This document shows positions 7,786-15,688 of a DNA stretch of 44,031 nt, piece after piece. A model generated the notes under the pieces. That model had not been told where the DNA came from and did no database searches. It worked only from the letters and a program-made list of their open reading frames with translations. How positions within the stretch are numbered: position 1 is the first letter of the stretch; each line of letters opens with the position of its first letter. Origin of the DNA: an uncultured Pseudomonadales bacterium (GTDB lineage Bacteria > Pseudomonadota > Gammaproteobacteria > Pseudomonadales > Azotimanducaceae); the NCBI GenBank assembly GCA_964647295.1, contig CAZYHH010000001.1:1-44031 (forward strand), in the 5' to 3' direction. The position numbers and the translations under genes were made by a program.

Positions 7786-8108
7786 AGCCCTTTTTTTCTT
7801 TTGTGAAATAAATTATATTTATCTTCCATGCTCTTTAGCTTTTGCTGCATGGCATCTACTTTTGCTTGGTTATAATCTATCTGATGCTGAGCCTTGTTCA
7901 TGACCGCTTCCTGCTTAGCTTTCAGGTCGGCCTGCTTAGCAATAGCTTCTAGCACTTGACCTCTGAAGTCTTCTACCTCTTGTAGTTCTCGCTCTAATGT
8001 TTGCTCTTTGCCGGGATTTCTTACGGCTGAGGGTTTTACGGAGACTTTAGCCTTCGACACCTTATTTAGTTCATCATTAGGTTTATGTTTATTTTTAAAA
8101 AAATTCAT
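7782..8108 (-). CDS. hypothetical coiled-coil protein
   Basis: 108-aa K/E/Q/A-rich ORF convergent with lepB. Confidence 0.65.
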   Translation of the reverse strand: MNFFKNKHKPNDELNKVSKAKVSVKPSAVRNPGKEQTLERELQEVEDFRGQVLEAIAKQADLKAKQEAVMNKAQHQIDYNQAKVDAMQQKLKSMEDKYNLFHKRKKGL

Positions 8109-8257
8109 AGCTCTCTTTCTTAGTTAAAAACTTTAAAGGTGGCGGTCCAATACTTTCCGAGTAGTAGCCCTTATTGCGTTGAATAGGGACTTGATTTTTA
8201 CTGTTTTCCTCTTAAGTCTTCTCTGGCTATTACACCCTTTTTTAAAAGCGGGAAGGT

Positions 8258-8315
8258 AAAAAGCGTGGCAGAGGGTCAAGGGCACACCCTGCCCGTGATG
8301 ACCGTACCACGCTTT
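8258..8315 (-). terminator. long three-helix hairpin/terminator after the protease gene
   Basis: AAAGCGTGGTA/TGCCACGCTTT, GGTCA/TGACC and GGGCA/TGCCC stacked, ending in a T-tract. Confidence 0.6.
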
Positions 8316-8331
8316 CACTCCACCCCTGTAA

Positions 8332-9258
8332 TCATTTTAGGATTAAAATCTTATGTCGAGGGGTGACCCTGAGCATGAATGGGAACATTTTCTTTGCATC
8401 CACCTCGTCCTCTGTGTCTTCTTTACCTTTTTCCTCTTGCGGTTCGTGCTCTATTGGTAATTTTTTAAGCTCTTCATCTGTGGGCATAGCGACGTCCTTA
8501 TCTAGTGCCCACATGATTTTATGTTTCTCGCAGTACTCTTTCATTCTCCGGACGGGAACGATAAGGTTGAACCCTTCCCCCGCCCCTCTTACGAGCATGC
8601 CTACATATCTGGCGTCGGATTTTAAGTACACCCCACCACCGCTGGAACCCGGGAATGCTGTGCAGGTAGTTTGATCAAATACATGCTTGTTGAGACTCTT
8701 GATTAGTCTCCCGTGCTGAGAATAGATCCCGTCCGTCATGCTGTTGGCACCCATCTGCCCTAGGAGGCTTCCGACATGCAAAAGGTCTTCCCCTAGGGGC
8801 GGAATCTTTTCGTCTAGATAAAAAGTCACCGTATCTTTGACGAAATTAAATTTACGAACCCGAAGTAACGCGAGATCGTGCCCGTCTTTTGCGTCACTAT
8901 ATTTTAAAACTTCCGCATCCATTTGTAGCCTACCGACAGTTCTACCTGCTTGCCTGATCTCTTTAACGACCATTGGGTCTTTGAATTCTACTAGAGTCTT
9001 TGACTTACCGGCTACTACTATGTTTCTGGTTGAGCGAAGGTTGTCGATTACGTGGCCCGCGGTCCATACCAAGTTCACTGAGTTTCCTTCTTTATCTTTT
9101 CGTGTAAAAATTACCCCAGATCCTTCTCCGTTAGAAAACGGTCCTTCTGATCTAATGGTGACGGAAACATTCTGCAAGTGATCTGCCGTGGATGTTTTCT
9201 TTTCCGCCGCAGCAACCGAAAAAGCAAGAGCAAGGGTGAATACTAGTAGTTTTTTCAT
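8332..9258 (-). CDS. secreted trypsin-like serine protease (S1)
   Basis: Signal peptide MKKLLVFTLALAFSVAAA; GSGV, TAGHV (His), DLALL (Asp), PGSSGG (Ser). Confidence 0.88.
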   Translation of the reverse strand: MKKLLVFTLALAFSVAAAEKKTSTADHLQNVSVTIRSEGPFSNGEGSGVIFTRKDKEGNSVNLVWTAGHVIDNLRSTRNIVVAGKSKTLVEFKDPMVVKEIRQAGRTVGRLQMDAEVLKYSDAKDGHDLALLRVRKFNFVKDTVTFYLDEKIPPLGEDLLHVGSLLGQMGANSMTDGIYSQHGRLIKSLNKHVFDQTTCTAFPGSSGGGVYLKSDARYVGMLVRGAGEGFNLIVPVRRMKEYCEKHKIMWALDKDVAMPTDEELKKLPIEHEPQEEKGKEDTEDEVDAKKMFPFMLRVTPRHKILILK

Positions 9259-9264
9259 ATAATA

Positions 9265-9293
9265 ATCTTATTAATTTTTTATCGTTCTGTCAA
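9265..9293 (-). promoter_or_regulatory. sigma70-type promoter overlapping the fcl 3' end
   Basis: TTGACA-N17-TAAGAT; ATG 6 nt downstream. Confidence 0.7.
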
Positions 9294-10247
9294 ATAATTG
9301 TAATTGTTTTCTATGTCATTTATGGTAAGATCTAGTCCGTCGCTTAAGCTCGTTGAGTACTTCCACCCAAATCTTTTCAACCTAGATACGTCTAGGAGTT
9401 TTCTGAGCGTGCCGTCTGGTTTATTTAATTCAAAGGATATTCGGCCTTTGTAGTTCAGTTTGCTCGCTATTTTATAAGCTAAGTCTTTAATGGAAATATC
9501 TTCCCCCGTGCCTATGTTTAACTGGGAAACGCCTTCGTCGTGAATATCTTTCGCATTAATATTATTTAAGATGAAGAGGCACGCACTGGCAAGGTCTTCT
9601 ACGTACATAAACTCTCTCTTGGCCTTACCTGTGCCCCACACCTTAACTTCTGGATCACCACTCTTAACTGCGTCAAAGAATCTTTTGAGAAGCGACGCCA
9701 TCACGTGGGAATTTTCTGGGTGATAGTTATCGTGGGGGCCGTATTGATTTGTCGGCATCACCGATATAAAGTTGCAACCGTATTGCTTGTAGTAGCTCTC
9801 ACACATTTTGACGCCAGCTATCTTGGCTAGGGCGTAGGGCTCGTTTGTCTGCTCTAACGGGGAAGCAAGGAGGTACTCTTCTTTTATGGGTTGATTGCAA
9901 AACTTAGGGTAAATACAGCTGCTTCCTAAGAAGATGAGTTTCTTAACACCGTACTCGTAGCAGGAATGAATTATATTATTTTGTATTTGTAAGTTTTGAT
10001 ATATAAAATCCGCCCTATACTCATTGTTCGCGTGGATACCCCCAACCTTGGCTGCGCAATCAATTACCACATCGGGCTTCTTGTAGAAAATAAAATCCCT
10101 AACCCCGTGTTGATCTACTAAGTCTAGTTCTGACCTGTCGGCAGTTAGTATGTCTTTGTATCCTGATTTTTTTAAAAGTTTTAATATAGCAGCGCCGACC
10201 ATGCCTTTGTGGCCTGCCACGAAAACTTTTTGACTCAGCTGGGGCAT
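9279..10247 (-). CDS. fcl: GDP-L-fucose synthase
   Basis: GHKGMVG, AAKVGGIHAN, LGSSCIYP, YALAK, PTNQYGPHDNY, KPDGTLRK. Confidence 0.95.
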   Translation of the reverse strand: MPQLSQKVFVAGHKGMVGAAILKLLKKSGYKDILTADRSELDLVDQHGVRDFIFYKKPDVVIDCAAKVGGIHANNEYRADFIYQNLQIQNNIIHSCYEYGVKKLIFLGSSCIYPKFCNQPIKEEYLLASPLEQTNEPYALAKIAGVKMCESYYKQYGCNFISVMPTNQYGPHDNYHPENSHVMASLLKRFFDAVKSGDPEVKVWGTGKAKREFMYVEDLASACLFILNNINAKDIHDEGVSQLNIGTGEDISIKDLAYKIASKLNYKGRISFELNKPDGTLRKLLDVSRLKRFGWKYSTSLSDGLDLTINDIENNYNYLTER

Positions 10248-10253
10248 CTCATG

Positions 10254-11063
10254 TTAGTCTAAGGGGCCTCTCAGGAAGAAGCTGGGCGGGCGGCCATCAT
10301 ACTTATGAGTGGAATTGCGCCCGTTCTTTGCGACGTAATGAAGGAAAATTTGAGCAAGGTTCCTGACGTTCTTCACTTCATCCCTCCAGTGGATTAACTC
10401 ACACCCCTTGTAAAGAGCGGCGTCTCCGGGTTTGGAGAGCACCATCTTTGTGGGGGTGTTTTTCATTCTGTCTCTTTGGATCTCTTCGTTTGTTAGCTCT
10501 CCCGCTGGGAGCTCTTCCTCAGGCTTTTTATCTTCGCAGAAAAATAAAGACTGTGGCTCACCCTCAAACCCCAAGGTACAGGTAAAGCTTACTTCGCAGG
10601 ACGGTCGATCTTTGTGGGCATCCAGAATAGCTCCGGGATTATACATTCTAGCGTAAGTATAAGTCGGATACAACTCATAGCCGACTAACTCTTCCGCTTT
10701 CTTCTGGTGCTCAACCAGTATTGCGTCTAAAAATGTTTCCCCTGCCCAAGCAGGTTGGTCTGGGCTTTGCTGGTCCGTAATAAATTCATTCCTCTCCACT
10801 TTCATTAGCAACTGCTTGTATAAAAAATTCGATAGCTCAGGAGAAACGAACTCCTTGACGGGAAGGTATCCGTTTTTAGCAAAAAATTCTGGCTTATTCT
10901 CTATGACGAGGGTTTTCGGCTTCGGCTCCTCAGCCTTAAGGGGTTTGCTAGCCTTCCTATTAACCTTGACTTTGGCGGTTTTTTTTGTAGCCTTTGCTTT
11001 TCTAGTAGCGACCTTCTTTTTGGCGGCCTTCTTCCTCGGGGGTGTCTTAGATGTAGAATTCAT
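10254..11063 (-). CDS. 2OG-Fe(II) oxygenase with Lys/Ala-rich N-terminal tail
   Basis: LYPTYTYARMY, HKDRPSCEVS (HxD), PGDAALYKGCELIHWR, QIFLHYV. Confidence 0.85.
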   Translation of the reverse strand: MNSTSKTPPRKKAAKKKVATRKAKATKKTAKVKVNRKASKPLKAEEPKPKTLVIENKPEFFAKNGYLPVKEFVSPELSNFLYKQLLMKVERNEFITDQQSPDQPAWAGETFLDAILVEHQKKAEELVGYELYPTYTYARMYNPGAILDAHKDRPSCEVSFTCTLGFEGEPQSLFFCEDKKPEEELPAGELTNEEIQRDRMKNTPTKMVLSKPGDAALYKGCELIHWRDEVKNVRNLAQIFLHYVAKNGRNSTHKYDGRPPSFFLRGPLD

Positions 11064-11083
11064 GAGTTCTTATAGAGACTCAA

Positions 11084-11398
11084 TCAAAAGCTTAAAAATT
11101 CTAAATTATCGCTTTTTAAAATTATTTTTTCAGCTTGGTAGAAATCCTTTATTTCCCGCTTATTCTCAGGGGATAGGTATATTGCCATAGATTTGTACCC
11201 AGATTCAAGCGAATCCTCCCTTGCCTTTCTGGTGCACCCGCAACCCTGCCCCAATGTCGCTGCTATATTTGCCCAATTAGTAAGCTGGGGGTTGTAGGAA
11301 AACTTACTTTCTCCGGACATGTTGACAAATAGCTTATAAAACTCAGCCCAGTTACTCAATGTAATGACTGAAGTGTTTTCCCTTAATGGTTCACTCAT
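11084..11398 (-). CDS. hypothetical protein with GCGC motif
   Basis: 104-aa ORF, ATGA overlap with the upstream gene. Confidence 0.7.
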   Translation of the reverse strand: MSEPLRENTSVITLSNWAEFYKLFVNMSGESKFSYNPQLTNWANIAATLGQGCGCTRKAREDSLESGYKSMAIYLSPENKREIKDFYQAEKIILKSDNLEFLSF

Positions 11399-11751
11399 GC
11401 GCTTAACCCTTCAATGTATTCAAATAGCCTGAAAGCAACTAAGGATAATAAATAAACCACCGGTAGATTCATAAACCCAACCCCCACACAGCACCCCAAA
11501 GAAAGCCAGAAAGAAACACAGGTCGGACAAGAGAGCAGCCTACTCAAGAAACAGTTCTTTTGGCAGAGCAAGAAGTTAGGATAGTTAGTAGAAAGGAGGG
11601 GGTCCTGCGCCCTGAATTCGTTAACATAAAAAAGCTTCCTGCAACCGAGAAGCTCTAGGTATTCAATAAATGCGTCACTCTTAAACCATATTATTAAGAT
11701 TGTAACAATTAATGCAACGCAGAACAGTAAAACCTCGAAGCTTGCAAACAT
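11395..11751 (-). CDS. membrane protein with CxxC (DUF1360-like)
   Basis: TM segments and LLSCPTCVSFW motif; ATG at 11751 lies 5 nt after TGaTAATAT; alternative start 11766. Confidence 0.65.
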   Translation of the reverse strand: MFASFEVLLFCVALIVTILIIWFKSDAFIEYLELLGCRKLFYVNEFRAQDPLLSTNYPNFLLCQKNCFLSRLLSCPTCVSFWLSLGCCVGVGFMNLPVVYLLSLVAFRLFEYIEGLSA

Positions 11752-11820
11752 ATAACATATTATCATGTATAATTTAAAATTCTAGTAAATTTTCACATGG
11801 GATACTGCTTTTCGGAAATT

Positions 11821-11849
11821 AAAACACAAAACCCCCAAGTAGGGGGCTT
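11821..11849 (-). terminator. intrinsic terminator of the putative ncRNA
   Basis: AAGCCCCC-tactt-GGGGGTTT followed by TGTGTTTT. Confidence 0.75.
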
Positions 11850-12184
11850 CATGAATTAACATGGTCTCTGCTTTTTCGGCCCAGTGTTTTACTTGATGGG
11901 ACATTCAATGACCACGAATACGATCAGACAAAATCTGAAGCTACCTACCTTTGAACAGGTGGAGAAACTGTGCTTTAAAACTCCTTACAGTAGCCAACCA
12001 CAACACGCCGGGGCATTTGCGATAGCATTTAACTATCAGTTTTTTTTCGAGAGGCATTCACTCTCGCACGGACTCCTTTAGCTGTGAGTTTCCGCTCAGT
12101 CTTTCAGACTACTCTGACCCATAAGGTCTCACTAAAGGCAAACTCCACTGATTGCTCTCAGCGAGCTTAAACGGATTACCGTTT
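11821..12184 (-). ncRNA. putative large structured non-coding RNA (~364 nt), family not recognised
   Basis: Own promoter and terminator, no credible ORF, more than 10 short helices plus nested long-range pairings; G-U pairs favour the minus strand. Confidence 0.7.
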
Positions 12185-12189
12185 TCATA

Positions 12190-12218
12190 GTTATAACCAC
12201 ATCTTTCGATATAGTCAA
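12190..12218 (-). promoter_or_regulatory. sigma70-type promoter of the putative ncRNA
   Basis: TTGACT-N17-TATAAC; predicted +1 coincides with the first hairpin. Confidence 0.55.
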
Positions 12219-12226
12219 ATTAAAAA

Positions 12227-12715
12227 TTATTTACCAGTGCTCCCGAACCCACCAGAGCCCCTTTCGGAGTCAGATAAACGGGCAGAAGGTTTCCAATCTA
12301 CATCGTAGCATCTTTCTATGATAAGCTGAGCGATCCTGTCTCCCGAAGAAACCCTAAAGTCTAAAGGAGAACCAAATAGGGAACTATAGGCAGACATAGA
12401 TGAATCAGGACGATGGATTAACCCTTCTGGTAGATTCAAATTAACAAGCACCACTCTCAAGCAGTCCCTATAACCAGAATCAACTACGCCAGCAAGAACA
12501 TCTATCCCATTTCTTACCGCCAACCCGCTGCGGGGGGCGATCCTACCATAATAACCCTCAGGTATCTCGACAGAGATGCCCACGGAAACGAGCTTCCTTT
12601 CCATAGGTTTAATTACGCAAGACTCCGTCGAGAAAAGATCGTAGCCAGCGTCAGACTCTTTAGCTCTAAGAGGCTGCTTTGCGGCAGTTTCTAATTTTTT
12701 AAATTTAATCTCCAT
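12227..12715 (-). CDS. dut: trimeric dUTPase
   Basis: AGYDL, PRSG, GVVDSGYR, GDRIAQ, RGSGGFGSTG. Confidence 0.95.
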   Translation of the reverse strand: MEIKFKKLETAAKQPLRAKESDAGYDLFSTESCVIKPMERKLVSVGISVEIPEGYYGRIAPRSGLAVRNGIDVLAGVVDSGYRDCLRVVLVNLNLPEGLIHRPDSSMSAYSSLFGSPLDFRVSSGDRIAQLIIERCYDVDWKPSARLSDSERGSGGFGSTGK

Positions 12716-13109
12716 AATGATGAAGGTCTAAACCAAATTCCTTAGCGATGGATAACGAGGAGTCGTCTCTATCATAAAATTTTTTAAAAATAATTTTCTC
12801 AACCCCATACGCTGCCGCCAGCTTCAAGCAGTCGTTGCATGGGAGCAGATTGCAGGCAAGTAAATAACATTCACCCGGGCGGGCATACCTAAGAGCGTTA
12901 ACTTCAGCGTGAATAACCCTTGCCCGCCTCTGGTCACGATTGGACCAATCTATATTTACATCTTTAGGCGCACCGTTATAACCTAATCCAGCCACGCTAT
13001 GGTCGTGGCGAAGCACACACGAGCCCACTTGCTCGTAGGGGTCTTCGCTCCTACGCGAGGCAATAATGGCAAGCTCTAAGGCGTATTCTTCCCAAGATAA
13101 TCTTTTCAT
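12705..13109 (-). CDS. dCMP deaminase
   Basis: RSEDP, GYNG, HAEVNA, PCNDC. Confidence 0.9.
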   Translation of the reverse strand: MKRLSWEEYALELAIIASRRSEDPYEQVGSCVLRHDHSVAGLGYNGAPKDVNIDWSNRDQRRARVIHAEVNALRYARPGECYLLACNLLPCNDCLKLAAAYGVEKIIFKKFYDRDDSSLSIAKEFGLDLHHYGD

Positions 13110-13114
13110 TTTCT

Positions 13115-13143
13115 TTGAAATAGTAGTGTTTTTTTTTTAAAAT
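13115..13143 (+). promoter_or_regulatory. sigma70-type promoter
   Basis: TTGAAA-N17-TAAAAT; ATG 4 nt downstream. Confidence 0.55.
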
Positions 13144-13147
13144 AGTT

Positions 13148-13588
13148 ATGACAATTTTAACTGCTTCCGCAAAACTCTATGAGTGGTTCACAGAAAACGA
13201 TAGCTTCTGCCTTGAATATGACTTTAACAAGCTTTTCCAAGAAGATCAAGACAAAGATAGGGAAAGCGCGTGCGTTATAAACGCCTTAGAGCAGTTTAAC
13301 GAAATGCAATTTACTTCTTCTGCGGAAGTGGGCGGCAGAAAGGTATGGACCCTAAGGAGGCCCCTGAATTCGCTCCCCCAAACCGTTGAGCTTGGCCCGG
13401 ACGCATGCCTTCAAATCTCTCACGTGATTAATGGGTTCTCCGAATACATAGGGGATGATTCCAGTATGTGTGATCCAGCAAACATCTCAGAGGTTAATGT
13501 CTTGACATTAGTGACAATTTGCGCTACTCTAATAAAAGACAAGACGGAAGAAGATGCAAACGACACAGGACTGCTCGACGGAATATAA
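13148..13588 (+). CDS. hypothetical protein
   Basis: 146-aa ORF opening the long plus-strand run. Confidence 0.75.
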   Translation: MTILTASAKLYEWFTENDSFCLEYDFNKLFQEDQDKDRESACVINALEQFNEMQFTSSAEVGGRKVWTLRRPLNSLPQTVELGPDACLQISHVINGFSEYIGDDSSMCDPANISEVNVLTLVTICATLIKDKTEEDANDTGLLDGI

Positions 13589-14249
13589 CCCCCCCCTATT
13601 TATTGGAATTTCTGGGGTTGCTGGCGCAGGTAAAGATTTATTTTTTACGACACTACAAAAGAAGCTAGCAGAAAAAAACATCAACACCCAAAGAATGGCA
13701 ATCGCAGACGGCCTGAAAGAAGAGGTTAGCTCCTTTACCAGAACAGCCTACGCAATAGACGCCACAGACTGCACGAGAAAAGAGAAAGAGCAACTTAGGC
13801 CCTTTTTAGTTTTTCATGGAACAATGAGAAGGAGGAGCTCTCTCGGAAGATACTGGATAGATTTATTTACTTCGAGGCTTAGGGTTTTTTTAAATGATCT
13901 TAAATTAGAATATAAGCCAAAACCAGATATTATTTGTATAACAGATATTAGGTTTGACGACTTCGAGAAAGACGAAGTGTATTGGCTAAAGAAAGAGTTA
14001 GAAGGCGTACTGATTCATATTTCTCAATACAAAACGATAGACAAGGAAAGAGTTTTTAGAGAGCCAGCGAACCCTGAAGAGGCTCGCAACGATCCGAAAA
14101 TAAAATCCCAAGCAGACTATCGTGTAGAGTGGGAGTATAGATCGGGAACACAGGAAGATTTAGATTCCTACGTGCGACATAATGTGCAACAATTTTTAGA
14201 TTGGTACACCGAACATGTCGCTGGAAGAAAGCAACTGGAAGAACATTAA
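13554..14249 (+). CDS. deoxynucleoside monophosphate kinase-like P-loop protein
   Basis: IGISGVAGAGKD, ADGLKEE, ITDIRF. Confidence 0.75.
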   Translation: MQTTQDCSTEYNPPLFIGISGVAGAGKDLFFTTLQKKLAEKNINTQRMAIADGLKEEVSSFTRTAYAIDATDCTRKEKEQLRPFLVFHGTMRRRSSLGRYWIDLFTSRLRVFLNDLKLEYKPKPDIICITDIRFDDFEKDEVYWLKKELEGVLIHISQYKTIDKERVFREPANPEEARNDPKIKSQADYRVEWEYRSGTQEDLDSYVRHNVQQFLDWYTEHVAGRKQLEEH

Positions 14250-14694
14250 AGGCATTATGGCGGACCTTAGCGGTCCAGCCAAAATCCCTCAGGTCATCCC
14301 AATTTATGCCCACGTAAGCGTGGATTTCGTAAAACTAAACCGAAAATACATAGAGGCTCAGGAGCTAATAGACTCGACAGACGCCTTTAAAGGAGCGGTT
14401 GAAGACCTTCGCTTTAATTATTTAATTTATGTTTTTAAGGATATAAGTGCTAACCCCAAGAATTTAATAACCATTGAGTACGTCATAAGCGAAAAGGGAA
14501 ATGAGGAAAACCCCTTTATAGAGACGTACAACGTACCTCCGGAAAAACGAAAATTAATATCTAAGTACGCAAGTACCCCACTCAGGGTTTTCGAAACCGA
14601 AGGTAAGCACCAAAACATACTTCTCTTTAAAGAGCAATGCCCCATGACTCTGGATAGCTTTAAGGAGTTGATAAGAACATGGGCAAAGTCGTAA
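14215..14694 (+). CDS. hypothetical protein
   Basis: 159-aa ORF overlapping its neighbours. Confidence 0.65.
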   Translation: MSLEESNWKNIKGIMADLSGPAKIPQVIPIYAHVSVDFVKLNRKYIEAQELIDSTDAFKGAVEDLRFNYLIYVFKDISANPKNLITIEYVISEKGNEENPFIETYNVPPEKRKLISKYASTPLRVFETEGKHQNILLFKEQCPMTLDSFKELIRTWAKS

Positions 14695-15281
14695 AAATAA
14701 CAGAAGACGTAACGCTAGTCAAGAGAGTCAAGAGAAGGAAGTGTGACAAGAGCCTCAAAGAACTAATAAACAGGCACTCTCCCCTGTGTTACGATATATA
14801 TAAAAAATATTCTTCAGCAATGCAGTCTTCAGGCATTTGTTTGGCGGACATATACGGAGAAAAGGACTACATAGTCTACAAGTCTGCAATGAGTTTTAAT
14901 CCAGACAAGAAAACTAAATTCTCCACGTGGCTCGGAAACCAAGTCAGATATTACTGCCTGAACCTGATAAACAGCAACAAACACGTGTGCGTAGGGGATC
15001 AAAATCTTGATTTTTATGTCGATCAAAAAACCGAAAGGGATAGAGAGGAGGTTAAAAGTGAAGTAGAGTATATATTTAATTTACTAGACCAACTGCAGGA
15101 TAAAAGAATCAAAAAAATATTTAAACTTAGATATTTTCAAGGTGCAAAAATAAAAATGCCTTGGGTTAAAGTAGCCAAAGAACTCAACGTAAGCACCCAA
15201 ACAGCCATAAACCTCCACAATAAAGGGGTAGACATAGTATTCAAAAAAGTTAAGAGCACAGCCCTTTCAGATTTTCTTTAA
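14679..15281 (+). CDS. phage-encoded sigma70-family sigma factor
   Basis: Region 2-like FNPDKKTKFSTWL; region 4-like IFKLRYF..WVKVAKELNVSTQTAINLH HTH. Confidence 0.75.
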   Translation: MGKVVKITEDVTLVKRVKRRKCDKSLKELINRHSPLCYDIYKKYSSAMQSSGICLADIYGEKDYIVYKSAMSFNPDKKTKFSTWLGNQVRYYCLNLINSNKHVCVGDQNLDFYVDQKTERDREEVKSEVEYIFNLLDQLQDKRIKKIFKLRYFQGAKIKMPWVKVAKELNVSTQTAINLHNKGVDIVFKKVKSTALSDFL

Positions 15282-15288
15282 AAAAAAG

Positions 15289-15317
15289 TTGACAAGCCCG
15301 TAATGCCTTGCTATAGT
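15289..15317 (+). promoter_or_regulatory. sigma70-type promoter, extended -10
   Basis: TTGACA-N17-TATAGT with TGn; ATG 6 nt downstream. Confidence 0.8.
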
Positions 15318-15323
15318 TAGGGC

Positions 15324-15590
15324 ATGGCTGAAAAGCAAAATAACGAATGGGACGAGCGCGAACTCGGTGCGCTCTGGAAAAAACAAAGCGCGAATGGTCG
15401 GAAATACCTTTCTGGCAAGCTAAAGGTAGAGGGCAAAGACGTAAACGTTGTTTGCTTTCCTAACCAAAACAAGAAGGCGGACAACCATCCAGACTTCAGG
15501 CTTTACACCTCGAAAGAGTACGAGGCCACCGCGCAAACCGAGCCTGCCCAGTCGCAAGAAAACGCGACCGACGCAGAAGACATTCTCTAG
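15324..15590 (+). CDS. DUF736-like protein (possible ssDNA-binding), acidic tail
   Basis: GALWKK..YLSG..NKKADNHPDFR. Confidence 0.65.
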   Translation: MAEKQNNEWDERELGALWKKQSANGRKYLSGKLKVEGKDVNVVCFPNQNKKADNHPDFRLYTSKEYEATAQTEPAQSQENATDAEDIL

Positions 15591-15604
15591 CAGAGAATAA
15601 CACG

Positions 15605-15655
15605 TCGGGGGCGAGGGTTTTTGTCTGTGTTTCGACCCTTGCTCCCGATTTTTTT
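15605..15655 (+). terminator. intrinsic terminator with 15-bp stem
   Basis: TCGGGGGCGAGGGTT/GACCCTTGCTCCCGA followed by T7. Confidence 0.8.
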
Positions 15656-15682
15656 GACTTTTAAGAACGCAGGTGTTAATAT
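15654..15682 (+). promoter_or_regulatory. sigma70-type promoter, extended -10
   Basis: TTGACT-N17-TAATAT with TGn; ATG 6 nt downstream. Confidence 0.7.
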
Positions 15683-15688
15683 CTTAAT

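Noticed and set aside
8133-8318. Minus-strand 61-aa ORF
   Set aside because: Its GTG start sits at the edge of a strong hairpin that it runs through, and it has no protein-like motifs; better explained as structured non-coding sequence.
11884-12081. Plus-strand 65-aa ORF
   Set aside because: Opposes the local gene direction, lacks expression signals, and lies antisense to the ncRNA candidate.
12064-12082. RNase P-like word (AAAGGAGTCCGTGC) in the ncRNA candidate
   Set aside because: It does not match GAGGAAAGUCC properly, and I found no 3' P4 partner or terminal P1 helix. A very divergent homologue can only be excluded by a covariance-model search.
12101-12218. Group I intron-like R/S elements on the plus strand (CAGACTAC ... 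GATATAGTC)
   Set aside because: There is no interrupted host gene and no P9/terminal G context. The S-like word is simply the complement of the -35 region, and G-U pairs favour the minus strand.
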